64,000 nt of DNA. Origin: an uncultured Candidatus Saccharibacteria bacterium. Its GTDB lineage: Bacteria; Patescibacteriota; Saccharimonadia; Saccharimonadales; UBA4665. Of this stretch, positions 1-8,769 are shown in pieces (the first letter of the stretch is position 1; each line of letters begins with the position of its first letter). A model generated the notes under the pieces. The model saw only the letters and a list, made by a program, of their open reading frames with translations, did not search any database and had not been told where the DNA came from. A program made the translations under genes and the position numbers. The stretch lies in contig CAYUNX010000001.1 in assembly GCA_964446255.1 (NCBI GenBank), positions 9,729-73,728 on the forward strand. The letters run 5' to 3'.

Positions 1-125
1 AACAGCTCACACTGTCATTCTGAGTGGAACGGAAAGAAGTCGAAGAATCTGCTTGGAGACATTCAAGATTCTAGAATCCAGTATCTAGATTCCAACCGGA
101 TAATCTATAATCGTGATTCGTCTGC
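1..125. repeat. Tail module of the composite intergenic repeat family (copy truncated by window edge)
   Basis: Has a GTCATTCTGAG..GAAGTCGAAGAATCT hairpin unit (14-50). Phased heptamers AAGATTC/TAGAATC/CAGTATC/TAGATTC ... ATAATCT/ATAATCG follow (65-119), nearly identical to 15090-15153 and 20751-20813. Ends about 10 nt before the stop codon at 130. Confidence 0.6.
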
Positions 126-129
126 GCCT

Positions 130-1170
130 TTAGCTGTTTTGGACGAGGCTGCGGAGAACAGTGTCACTGATAGCTCGCTCGCCATTCAGCTGGTACCAGG
201 TGCCATTTTTTACCCAAGTGGCATTGCCATTGTCGAGACGATACACTGTTTGGTCGCCGAATTGCACTGACTTGAAGTTGGCCCTACCGCTCGCGCTGAC
301 CGATGATATCTCTTCGATCATTTGCCCACCGGCCCAGTTGGTCGGCTGTTGTATGAGTTGGTACTGAGCTTCGTCTGTTTTTAGGCCAATAATGCGCTTA
401 TCTTGGTGGGTTGTGACACCGGTAAATGCAAAACCTGCAGCCGCAAAATCGGGGTTCATGGTGCTGACACCGGCTCGCACACCAGCAGCGCGTATCTGAA
501 GACTTGGTGTGTTCAGGTATGTTACAAAGCCAACAATAATGAAGAGTGCACTTGCGCCGATTGCCATACTGGCAAAATGTCGGCGAGCAGTTTTCTTGTA
601 GTTTCGCGTGTGATTTTTGATGTCGGCGTGATGATTTGCATTAGCTATTGCCCGCGTGAACATATCTTCCGGGCTGTTGGTAGGCTTTGGTTGGGGCGCA
701 CCGGCCCCCACATCATCACCTTCTGGTTTAGGAGGAGCACTACGTACGGGCACATGAGTCAATTGCACGGCTAGCTTCGCGGCGTTTTGGTCGTGATTGA
801 AACGGCTAACGTGCTCGCTGCGTACAGTCGTCTTCGCGCGTTCTAAACGTGCATGACCAACGGTAGTAATAGACGGTTTTGGTGCGATTGGAACGACGTG
901 AGATTGTCCTGTGAGTGGGTGTTGAACGCGAATCGGAGTGTTAGAAAGGCTAGGTTTTTTAACAGCACTACGCATAAGCGTTTGTGAAGGCTTGGTATGG
1001 TGAACGACAATCGATTGTGGCTTTGCATTTTTGGGGGTACTATTCGCGACTGTAATTTTGTGTGTGTTAGCTTGAGCATCATGGTCGTCCGGCGACACAA
1101 AACCTACGAGTAGCTCGCCGGTAATAGCATCGTAGTGCTTACCGTTGATTTTGATTGTTTGTCTGCTCAT
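130..1170 (-). CDS. Hypothetical membrane-anchored protein
   Basis: ORF track 130..1206. The internal ATG at 1170 is preceded by AAAGGAA. One hydrophobic helix (FASMAIGASALFIIVGFVTYL). No family recognised. Confidence 0.6.
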   Translation of the reverse strand: MSRQTIKINGKHYDAITGELLVGFVSPDDHDAQANTHKITVANSTPKNAKPQSIVVHHTKPSQTLMRSAVKKPSLSNTPIRVQHPLTGQSHVVPIAPKPSITTVGHARLERAKTTVRSEHVSRFNHDQNAAKLAVQLTHVPVRSAPPKPEGDDVGAGAPQPKPTNSPEDMFTRAIANANHHADIKNHTRNYKKTARRHFASMAIGASALFIIVGFVTYLNTPSLQIRAAGVRAGVSTMNPDFAAAGFAFTGVTTHQDKRIIGLKTDEAQYQLIQQPTNWAGGQMIEEISSVSASGRANFKSVQFGDQTVYRLDNGNATWVKNGTWYQLNGERAISDTVLRSLVQNS

Positions 1171-1336
1171 GCCGTTCCTTTTGTATCGTTGTAAATCGTT
1201 ATACAAATAATAGCGCTAATGTATACATAAACGCAAGTGAAATCGACCAAAAGTATGCATGCAGTCGCCATACTCTCTCCTCGGTTGATTGCAACCTGCT
1301 AATTCTGCTCGCCAGTGGTATACTACATGTCAGTCT

Positions 1337-2836
1337 ATGGAATTTCTTGATCCGCAAGCTGAACGTCGTCACCGCATACTATTGTTTATTGGTTATGGGT
1401 TAATAACTATTGCGATAGCTATCGCCAGCCTGGTGATGTTGTATTGGTCGTATGGCTATTCTTTGACCAATGACGGCGAAGTGCAACAGAGCGGACTTGT
1501 GTTTGTGTCGAGCCAACCCGAAGGCGCCACCATAACCCTCAATGGAAAAGCAGAAACATCAAAAACAAACGCACGTTTAACTCTGACTTCCGGCTCATAC
1601 GACATGCGTATTAACTTAGCAGGATACCGACAATGGTCTCACAACTTTAATGTTGAAGGTGGCGATGTCCAGCGAATCATTTACCCACGACTTTTCCCTT
1701 CCAAACTCACATCGACATCTATCAGAAATTTTGAAGCTGAACCTACCGTAGCCTCACAGAGCCCCAACCATCGATGGTTGCTCATTAAAAACGCGGCAAC
1801 CTCGAACACCTTTTTGCTGTATGATTTGCGGCAGCCCGAGGAACCAATTGCCGCCGATGTAACTATCCCACTGGAATCAATCACTGCAGGAGATGGAGCG
1901 CAGTCATGGACTGTTGTCGAATGGGCTGGCAATGACCAATACATATTATTAAGTCATAGTTACACCACTGGCGAGACTACGGGTCAAGAGTACATCTTAC
2001 TTGATCGTACTAGCGGGGAACGGACTCAGAACTTAACGCGCACACTTACATTAAGTGTCGATGACGAGCTCACGTTATTCGATAAAAAATTTGATCAATA
2101 TTATGCCTACAATAAGCAAACAAAAAGTTTGCGGTCATTTACGGCGAGCGGCAAGGCCTTAGTCGCCCAAATAGATCACGTCTTAGCATACAAAACGCAT
2201 GGTGATAGCTCGGTACTGTTTGTTACCGATGTGAACGAAGATGGCACCCAATCTGCTAGTACTGTAAACGTAGTTTTGCTTCAAAATTCTCGTCGCATGG
2301 TGCTACGACAATTGCCGGCCACGTCAGCGGGTTATGTACTTAATCTCGCACAGTATGACAATGCCTGGTATATTGCAGCAGGTGCAACGGATGGCGGCGG
2401 CGTGTATCTGTACCGGAATCCGTCCGAACAGGTTGTATTAAAGGGCAAGCCCTACCAAACGTGGCGGTACCTGCGAGTTCAAAACCCTTCAAACGTGTCA
2501 TTCTCGGCTAATTCACAGTTTGTACTCGCAGAAAACGGCCAAACATGTGTTATCTATGACGCAGAAAATATTGAAGTCAAACGCTTTATTTTGTCCCGTG
2601 CCTTAGACGCGCCACAAACCAAAGTTCAGTGGATGGATGGTCATCGTCTGACTTATGTCTCTGGTGGTAAGGTAATTGTTGTCGAGTACGATAACCAAAA
2701 TATGGTTGAGTTGCAGGATTCGCTTCCTCAGTTTGCAGCGTATTATTCGGGCAATTATGAGTATGCGTTTACGATTGCTAAGACCCAAAGCGCAACTACC
2801 CAGTTAACATCTACGCCACTTATTATCGTGAAATAA
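1337..2836 (+). CDS. PEGA-domain membrane protein
   Basis: ORF 1289..2836, with the likely start at ATG 1337 (MEFLDPQ). N-terminal TM helix followed by the VSSQPEGATITLNGK PEGA-type motif. Confidence 0.65.
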   Translation: MEFLDPQAERRHRILLFIGYGLITIAIAIASLVMLYWSYGYSLTNDGEVQQSGLVFVSSQPEGATITLNGKAETSKTNARLTLTSGSYDMRINLAGYRQWSHNFNVEGGDVQRIIYPRLFPSKLTSTSIRNFEAEPTVASQSPNHRWLLIKNAATSNTFLLYDLRQPEEPIAADVTIPLESITAGDGAQSWTVVEWAGNDQYILLSHSYTTGETTGQEYILLDRTSGERTQNLTRTLTLSVDDELTLFDKKFDQYYAYNKQTKSLRSFTASGKALVAQIDHVLAYKTHGDSSVLFVTDVNEDGTQSASTVNVVLLQNSRRMVLRQLPATSAGYVLNLAQYDNAWYIAAGATDGGGVYLYRNPSEQVVLKGKPYQTWRYLRVQNPSNVSFSANSQFVLAENGQTCVIYDAENIEVKRFILSRALDAPQTKVQWMDGHRLTYVSGGKVIVVEYDNQNMVELQDSLPQFAAYYSGNYEYAFTIAKTQSATTQLTSTPLIIVK

Positions 2837-2955
2837 ACGGTTACCTTAGCGTGGTATCAGCTATAGCTTACATAGAAATCGACGTTTTGAGGCTGCAATA
2901 ACACCCTGCTTACGAGCAATAAAACTACGGCTAAGCCTAGTTTTTACTGGCTAGT

Positions 2956-4245
2956 TTATTCTTCGGGCTTCCAGAATTGTAAGCTTCGCGTAAACCGTTC
3001 CCATGCACTCGGACCTTTGCTGGTCAGCTCGGCGGGTTGTTGGTTTTGGTCTGGTGAAGCCGCTGCAGTGTTCGTGACGGGGCTTGGGCTGATTTGCTCT
3101 CCCCACACGACGAGACGATTGGTACTGAGGCCAGGCGGATCACAGGTGATGAGAACGGCGGTTGCTTGCCTGCCTTTGGTGTCATTGAGTACGCTAACTT
3201 GTGTGGGCGGCACAATCTCTTTGGCAAAAACTTGGTAGACATAGCGTTTGCCTTGGTGCGTTATGTAGAATATATCTCCTGTCGTGACTTGATGCAGCAG
3301 TACAAAAGCAAATTTGTATTTGCCATTATTAAAGATGTTTTGACTACTATGTCCAAAGTAAGCACCGTTTCCATTCTGCCCAGGGAGTGCGGTTGACGGG
3401 TAATGCACCACGCCACCTTCAAGCGACGCTTGAACTGTTGCTTCCTGAATGTTCGGAACATTGAAATCAATCGGAATCTGGATGTTTATTTTGGGAACCA
3501 TAACCGTGGGGCCGGCATTTGCGTCAGCATTGTTCGTGACGATGATTGGAGCGGCGGTCACCTTGCGGCTCGGTTGTACGAACGGCGCGATTACGTACTC
3601 ATTAAAAAAGCCAAACATCATAACAAGCAGGACGACCGCACCCATACCGAGGCCAAAAAACAGTGATTGCCAATGGTGCTTAGCTTCTAGCTTGCCACCC
3701 GCTGTAACGGTATCAACAATTTGTTTTTTGATCTCCTCGGTGGGTTTTGGTCGCTTGGCTCGTTTGACTGACTGTAGCTTTGAAAGTGGGGTGAGCTCAA
3801 CGGTTGGCGTGTGCGTAGCCACGGTAACACCCGTGTTCGACGGAACTGGCATGGGCTGTTGAGTTTTTTCTAGTCCGCTCGGTACTTTTTGATCCTCTAC
3901 CTGACCACCATGCTCGAAGAATTTTTGGTAAGGTGTATTTTGGTTGGCAGCATAAAACTCATCCCATACAGCACGCTTTTCGTCGTCGGGCAACATGGTG
4001 TAGTAGCGATGCCACTCTGTTTGCACCTCGGCTAGGCTCTTGCCTGACTGGCTGAGCTCGCGCATAAAGACCTGATGCTTGCTTGGTACGCTGTTTACTG
4101 TTGATTGGGCTAGTTCGGCAGTAGCAATCGGCTCTTCGCCGAGCGCAGCGGCAACTTTACGGCGAACCATTTCGATAGCCGCTTGGTCTTGTGGGGCCGA
4201 ACGGGGCTTCATATCATCTGAGATTGGATCGATTCGCTTTGTCAT
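2956..4245 (-). CDS. Sortase-family transpeptidase with long N-terminal extension and TM helix
   Basis: The C-terminal domain carries FGHSS (His), VLITCDP (TLxTC-type Cys) and NRLVVWGE (Arg) in sortase order. TM helix LFFGLGMGAVVLLVMMFGFF. Confidence 0.7.
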   Translation of the reverse strand: MTKRIDPISDDMKPRSAPQDQAAIEMVRRKVAAALGEEPIATAELAQSTVNSVPSKHQVFMRELSQSGKSLAEVQTEWHRYYTMLPDDEKRAVWDEFYAANQNTPYQKFFEHGGQVEDQKVPSGLEKTQQPMPVPSNTGVTVATHTPTVELTPLSKLQSVKRAKRPKPTEEIKKQIVDTVTAGGKLEAKHHWQSLFFGLGMGAVVLLVMMFGFFNEYVIAPFVQPSRKVTAAPIIVTNNADANAGPTVMVPKINIQIPIDFNVPNIQEATVQASLEGGVVHYPSTALPGQNGNGAYFGHSSQNIFNNGKYKFAFVLLHQVTTGDIFYITHQGKRYVYQVFAKEIVPPTQVSVLNDTKGRQATAVLITCDPPGLSTNRLVVWGEQISPSPVTNTAAASPDQNQQPAELTSKGPSAWERFTRSLQFWKPEE

Positions 4246-4428
4246 GGTATGAACCGCATCGGGTTAGGTTTGTTACGGCCTAACTCTCGCATTTCTGATG
4301 ACAGTATAGTACAATACACCTCTGATAGCCATGGTTTTACTTATGGTTATTGCAACTAATATTTCTCGGAGTAAGCGTCAGAAACAACAGATATTCGCTT
4401 TCTTATCGTCAATAAAGTTTTTTCTAGT

Positions 4429-4757
4429 GCCGCAGCGTGCGGAATTGGTAGACAAATTGCAAGCAATTTAATACATTATATCTGTTGGGCGAGTGGTGGA
4501 ATGGTAGACACGCTAGACTCAAAATCTTGTGAGCTTTACGCTCGTGAGGGTTCAAGTCCCTCCTCGCCCACCAGATACAATGTATTACCCTAGACAATTC
4601 GCTTCGCTCATATTTCATCCAAAATCTTGTGTTTTTCAGGGACGTGCTGTGAGAACTGCCAGTGGCAGTTTGCAAGGAACCCTACTCTTCAAAACTTGTT
4701 TTGAATGATGTAGTTTCGGGCCTGCCGAAGGTAGGTCAAGTCCGGCCTGCGGCACCA
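4429..4757 (+). other. tRNA-like shell around tRNA-Leu: 5' acceptor/D-loop fragment and 3' acceptor-CCA fragment of a second Leu-type tRNA, plus internal hairpins
   Basis: GCCGCAG (4429-4435) is perfectly complementary to CTGCGGC (4747-4753), which is followed by A-CCA. TGCGGAATTGGTAGAC (4438-4453) is a Leu-type D-loop. No cloverleaf can be completed, so function is unknown. Confidence 0.35.
4487..4573 (+). tRNA. tRNA-Leu (anticodon CAA), CCA encoded
   Basis: The 87-nt class II cloverleaf was folded by hand. Acceptor GGGCGAG/CTCGCCC, D-arm GTG-GAATGGTAGA-CAC, anticodon arm CTAGA-CTCAAAA-TCTTG. Variable arm GAGC-TTTAC-GCTC, T-arm GAGGG-TTCAAGT-CCCTC, discriminator A, CCA. Confidence 0.9.
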
Positions 4758-4815
4758 GAAAAAACTTTAACCCACATCAACCGTCATACGAACCAACTAG
4801 CATAACCTTGTGATG

Positions 4816-5430
4816 CTATGTAATAAACCTAAACGAACCGAGTCGTAACTTTGAATCTGAGTTTGCGATTATCTGACGCGATGCCGCCAGTGCTACATTG
4901 GGGTTTTCTACCAGTAGCTCACCCATTACCACCGTGAAAAGCCGAGGTTCAACAGAGAGTACTCCATTTTTCCCTGCGGCTGTAAGCTCGCCAAACAACT
5001 TTCTGCGCAGGGCGTCGCATGATACCGAGCCGAGCCCTAACTCAACGCGCCACATCCCATTTGTGCATGCGTTAAAGTTTAAGGTTTGCGGTGTACCATC
5101 ATCGGTTTGAATGGGCGTGTCATCAACAAGTTTCTGCAAAATACTATCAAATTCATCAGAGCTTTGCCTGCTTTTATTTTTTGAACAAAAACTTTTGTAT
5201 GTTACTTTCATTTCTTCGTGGTTCACCACTGTAATAAACGGATTGTCAATAGGCAGGTAGATACTACCTTTTCCAGTTTGTTGGGAGCCCGTTGCATTTG
5301 TAATAGCGTTCGAAACTAATGTTGAAAAATCTGTATCAGTACCAAATATTGTCTCGATATCACGGTATATAAGCATCAGCCTATCAGGCACGAGGGCAAG
5401 TGAAGATTTTCGCTCATGGGGCAATATCAT
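4816..5430 (-). CDS. Hypothetical protein
   Basis: ORF 4816..5460, with the likely start at ATG 5430 (MILPHERK) placed 6 nt after a TATAAT. Lower GC than neighbours. No motif recognised. Confidence 0.5.
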   Translation of the reverse strand: MILPHERKSSLALVPDRLMLIYRDIETIFGTDTDFSTLVSNAITNATGSQQTGKGSIYLPIDNPFITVVNHEEMKVTYKSFCSKNKSRQSSDEFDSILQKLVDDTPIQTDDGTPQTLNFNACTNGMWRVELGLGSVSCDALRRKLFGELTAAGKNGVLSVEPRLFTVVMGELLVENPNVALAASRQIIANSDSKLRLGSFRFIT

Positions 5431-5436
5431 AGGTAT

Positions 5437-5442
5437 ATTATA
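5437..5442 (-). promoter_or_regulatory. Candidate -10 box (TATAAT), leaderless start
   Basis: The minus strand reads TATAAT-ATACCT-ATG, with the ATG at 5430. Confidence 0.4.
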
Positions 5443-5604
5443 ATACAATTTAGCAATCACGACAATAAAGCAAAATAGATATTAAGATTTTTTATCAGCC
5501 GTACGCGAGCTAAACGCAACCGAGTCCATCCGCTTTGCGACCAGTCAACCCTACTTAAAACCTAAAAGCTGAGGGTTACTAGTATTGCACTCTGGCACTC
5601 CAAC

Positions 5605-5634
5605 AAAAAAGTCTGTCGTTAGACAGACTTTTTT
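5605..5634. terminator. Rho-independent-type bidirectional hairpin
   Basis: AAAAAA-GTCTGTC-GTTA-GACAGAC-TTTTTT. Lies 23 nt downstream of the stop of the minus-strand gene at 5657. Confidence 0.6.
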
Positions 5635-5656
5635 AGTAGTCTTACCACTTTATTCT

Positions 5657-6619
5657 TTAGAGCTGTAATTCATCGTTGGTCGGCTCTGCTGCTGAGCTGG
5701 TGGGTTCAGATGCAGCTATGGCCTGGTCGACTTTGCCTTGCTCTTCGAGTATCGATTGATATTTATCACTTATATCAAACAGAGTTGCAAGGCGCCCTAG
5801 ATGTTCAAACACACCAAAAGCAGCCATTTCATGATTGCTTGGTCCGACCTCAAACGTAGCCCCACTTCCTGTGTCAACATTTCGCTCTTTTATTAATCGG
5901 GTTAATGCTCGGCCTCCTGGTCGGTTCATGAAGAACACATCATCATATGTATTGTAAGAAAAGGAGCCCTCAGAGTATTGTGTAACTTTGTAGGATCTTG
6001 TTTTTGGATCGTACATCTTTCTCATATCGCTTTCACTTGGCGCTGTCTGCAGAATACCTGCCATTGCATCTCGAAGCAGCGGGGTTAGCTTTTGCCGAAT
6101 TGTTACCGTTTTTATACGTGGCGCGAGGGTGCCCGTCCCACTTAGCAATAGTAACTCACTGCGTTGCTTTCTATTGTTCGCTGCTGTTTCGCCAATGATA
6201 TACCAAGGGCGACTATTATTGTTGAATGCTCTTTCTCCGACGCTACTTGTAGCCTGCCACAAAGTCGATGCTTGCAACCTGCGTACTGAAAATATGTCTT
6301 TAGCTAAGATATACTCATCATCCTCTGTGTGTGCCCATGAGCCACTTCTATAATTCATGTATGTTTTGACAGGTTCTTCACTACTATGTGGAAGCGCTGC
6401 ATAGAGACTAGAAATAACACTGAAATTTTTTAATCTTTCAGTATGTTCCTCGTCAAGTGATTTGGCTACGGTCTGACCATCTGAAGTTTCACCATTGAGT
6501 TTTGCGCGTAGGTCATCATAGACAGCGGCAAGTGATTGTTGCTGAAGATTGGCACCCTGCTGGGCGATACCATAGACATCCCATATCGGGGTTTGTTCGG
6601 GACTTAGTTCTTGCGACAT
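5657..6619 (-). CDS. Hypothetical protein
   Basis: ORF 5657..6655, with the likely start at ATG 6619 (MSQELSPEQ) placed 6 nt after a TATAAT. No family recognised. Confidence 0.5.
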   Translation of the reverse strand: MSQELSPEQTPIWDVYGIAQQGANLQQQSLAAVYDDLRAKLNGETSDGQTVAKSLDEEHTERLKNFSVISSLYAALPHSSEEPVKTYMNYRSGSWAHTEDDEYILAKDIFSVRRLQASTLWQATSSVGERAFNNNSRPWYIIGETAANNRKQRSELLLLSGTGTLAPRIKTVTIRQKLTPLLRDAMAGILQTAPSESDMRKMYDPKTRSYKVTQYSEGSFSYNTYDDVFFMNRPGGRALTRLIKERNVDTGSGATFEVGPSNHEMAAFGVFEHLGRLATLFDISDKYQSILEEQGKVDQAIAASEPTSSAAEPTNDELQL

Positions 6620-6625
6620 AAAGTT

Positions 6626-6631
6626 ATTATA
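6626..6631 (-). promoter_or_regulatory. Candidate -10 box (TATAAT), leaderless start
   Basis: The minus strand reads TATAAT-AACTTT-ATG, with the ATG at 6619. Confidence 0.4.
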
Positions 6632-6673
6632 GCATAACAATAGCCCATAAGTCAAGTATATTTATTGCGTCGA

Positions 6674-7510
6674 CTATTTAATTACGCTCGTGGTTAGGGC
6701 TTCGAAGGGTTTGGTGGGGTTTTGGAGCCACCAGGTGGCAGCGCGCGCGGCGAGCTGTGTCGTAGACTGGTCAGCTACCTGTGTGGTGCTGAGACGTCCA
6801 TTGACAGCCACGGCGACTGTTTGACCGTGTTGTACCACAAGATGGGCAGTATGAAGTTTGTTAAAATCAGTTAGTTTTTCGACAAGCTGTAACAACGACA
6901 TACTTGAAGTAAATGCTTCAGAATTATGGGCTGCGACTGCCAGTTTCTGGAGCTGGCCTATTGTGAGTACGAGTGTAGTATTTGGTCGGTCGAGGACAGT
7001 TAAGGGGTGTACGAAGAATGATTCGATGACATCGCCACAGAGCGTCAATGCTAAGTTATCAGACTGATCTTGGTTCGACATCCCCGTTGCATGTTCGGCG
7101 TATCCTGAAACGAGTTTATCGTGACGGGTAATAAACTGCTCAAAGAGTCTAGAAGTTTCACTGTTGTGGCCGGTATCGCCCGCGATAAGTACGCCGTCTG
7201 CCCAACGTGCGGCATCAAGTAGCTCGGCGAACGCGGTCATGCCAAAGCTACCGCTCAGGGTGCTCGGAGCAAACTCGGCGGGTGGAAAGAGCTTTTCGAC
7301 AGTTCGTCGGAGGCTTGCCGGGAGCATGACACGGGTAGTGCCGATACCGGCTTTTTCGGCGGCAGCATATGCCTCTGCGGCACCGGAAAAGCCCTGCCCG
7401 GTACCACCGATGATGAGCAGCTTACCAGCGTGCTGCTTGTTCTCGGGGCGAGACCACAAAAAATCAGGAAATAATGGGTCACTGCCCTGCTGTTGCCAGT
7501 GGCTATGCAT
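6674..7510 (-). CDS. YjeF C-terminal / carbohydrate-kinase-like protein (NAD(P)HX dehydratase family, tentative)
   Basis: LLIIGGTGQGFSGAAEAYAAAEKAGIG resembles the YjeF_C ribokinase-like N-terminal glycine motif. The rest is weakly diagnostic. Confidence 0.45.
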   Translation of the reverse strand: MHSHWQQQGSDPLFPDFLWSRPENKQHAGKLLIIGGTGQGFSGAAEAYAAAEKAGIGTTRVMLPASLRRTVEKLFPPAEFAPSTLSGSFGMTAFAELLDAARWADGVLIAGDTGHNSETSRLFEQFITRHDKLVSGYAEHATGMSNQDQSDNLALTLCGDVIESFFVHPLTVLDRPNTTLVLTIGQLQKLAVAAHNSEAFTSSMSLLQLVEKLTDFNKLHTAHLVVQHGQTVAVAVNGRLSTTQVADQSTTQLAARAATWWLQNPTKPFEALTTSVIK

Positions 7511-7546
7511 GGTTCACTGCCCTCTTCGTCTTACATTCATGACTCA

Positions 7547-8299
7547 TCACTCTTGCACCTTTGCTTTGTCCATTGTCGGAGTAGTCAGTATGTAGTTTCC
7601 TAGCTGCGCGGTTAACTCATAGATGACGTTTTTGCGTTCGACGATGATTAGCCACTGCTTTTTCTGTGCAATCTCAAACAGCCCTCGGTCGGGGTTAAAA
7701 GCAATGGGGTTTTCGACAAGTTCGAGCATGGCAGCATCGCTGGGGCTATCACCGACGGCGTAACTACCGCTATAGGTAGCGTTAAACTGCCGAACAAGGC
7801 GCTCGAGAGCCGCCTTTTTGTCATGAATCGGTGTGATTACTTCGCCGGTAAACACGCCGTCTCGTTGTACAAACTCTGCACCAATAGCCGCATCGAACCC
7901 ATGGTGTCGTGCGAGCCGTTCGATTATCTCGGCTTGCGATCCACTGACAGCGAAAAGCAAATAACCTTTTTCTTTGAGTGCGCGGACAAGATCGCGCGTG
8001 TAGGTAAACGTTTGATCTTTGTAGTCGTGAAAAACTTCATCGACAATGCGTAGGTAATCGCTCGGCTCGATACTGGTGAGCACCTGCAAATAGGCATCAA
8101 CCAGAACTTTTTCGTAGGCACTAAATCCTTCGTTGGTTTCGCGGTTTTTCCAGTTCATACGAGCGGCATTGATTTTCTCATGCGTACCGCGAAGGATGTA
8201 ACCTTGCTTGCCGAGCGAATGCACGATAGCGTGAAACAACTGCCAGCGGATAAGCGTGCCGTCAATATCAAAAACGGCAAATGGCCTCTGCGTTGTCAT
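7547..8299 (-). CDS. HAD-superfamily hydrolase (subfamily IB-like)
   Basis: Motif I FAVFDIDGTLIR and motif IV GDSPSD. 4-nt overlap with the upstream NUDIX gene. Confidence 0.65.
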   Translation of the reverse strand: MTTQRPFAVFDIDGTLIRWQLFHAIVHSLGKQGYILRGTHEKINAARMNWKNRETNEGFSAYEKVLVDAYLQVLTSIEPSDYLRIVDEVFHDYKDQTFTYTRDLVRALKEKGYLLFAVSGSQAEIIERLARHHGFDAAIGAEFVQRDGVFTGEVITPIHDKKAALERLVRQFNATYSGSYAVGDSPSDAAMLELVENPIAFNPDRGLFEIAQKKQWLIIVERKNVIYELTAQLGNYILTTPTMDKAKVQE

Positions 8300-8769
8300 A
8301 GTGTGTCTACCTCCGTTATTTCGTAATCTTCAACTTGTTCGTCTTTGGCCATAACGATGCGCGTACTGAGTAATTTGCCCTCAAGTACCTGGGGGAGCCA
8401 CAGAATGTCGTCTGGCCACATTTGGCTATAGGGTATGTCACTAAGGTGGAACCAGCGCGGTACCAACTCATCGCTCGCTGTTGGTTCACCCTGCCATTCG
8501 GTCGCTATATACGCATGTGTCCATTGATGCCAAGAAGCTGTTTCGTTTTGCAAGACAAAATCATGGTACGCAACTTTTCGGTACGTTGTTGGCGTGACGC
8601 TGATCTCTTCTTGGCACTCGCGCACCATTGCTTGTTCGATGGATTCGCCAGGGTCTACCTTGCCGCCAGGACCGTTCCAGTAACCTGCCCCAACACCACG
8701 TAGTTTCATGCCGAGAAGAATCTCATCGTCTCGCAGGAGAAAAACAATGGTGCAGGTAATGTCTTTCAT
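8296..8769 (-). CDS. NUDIX hydrolase (MutT-like)
   Basis: Complete Nudix box: GPGGKVDPGESIEQAMVRECQEEISV. Confidence 0.8.
   Translation of the reverse strand: MKDITCTIVFLLRDDEILLGMKLRGVGAGYWNGPGGKVDPGESIEQAMVRECQEEISVTPTTYRKVAYHDFVLQNETASWHQWTHAYIATEWQGEPTASDELVPRWFHLSDIPYSQMWPDDILWLPQVLEGKLLSTRIVMAKDEQVEDYEITEVDTL

Noticed and set aside
4424-4675. 83-aa minus-strand ORF from the ORF track
   Set aside because: It lies entirely over the tRNA-Leu gene and its structured flanks and starts with TTG. It is almost certainly spurious.
4429-4757. tmRNA, RNase P RNA or a group I intron-containing tRNA as explanation for the tRNA-like shell
   Set aside because: It does not fit tmRNA: there is no G3:U70 pair, no GGGG start and no canonical T-arm. 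It does not fit RNase P RNA either, because AAGTCCGG sits at the wrong end for the CR-I motif and no P4 partners were seen. For a group I intron, I saw only vague resemblance to the R/S elements (TCAGGGAC, AAGTCC). There is no G before a plausible 3' splice site, and no anticodon arm can be reconstituted. I keep it as an unexplained locus rather than naming a class.
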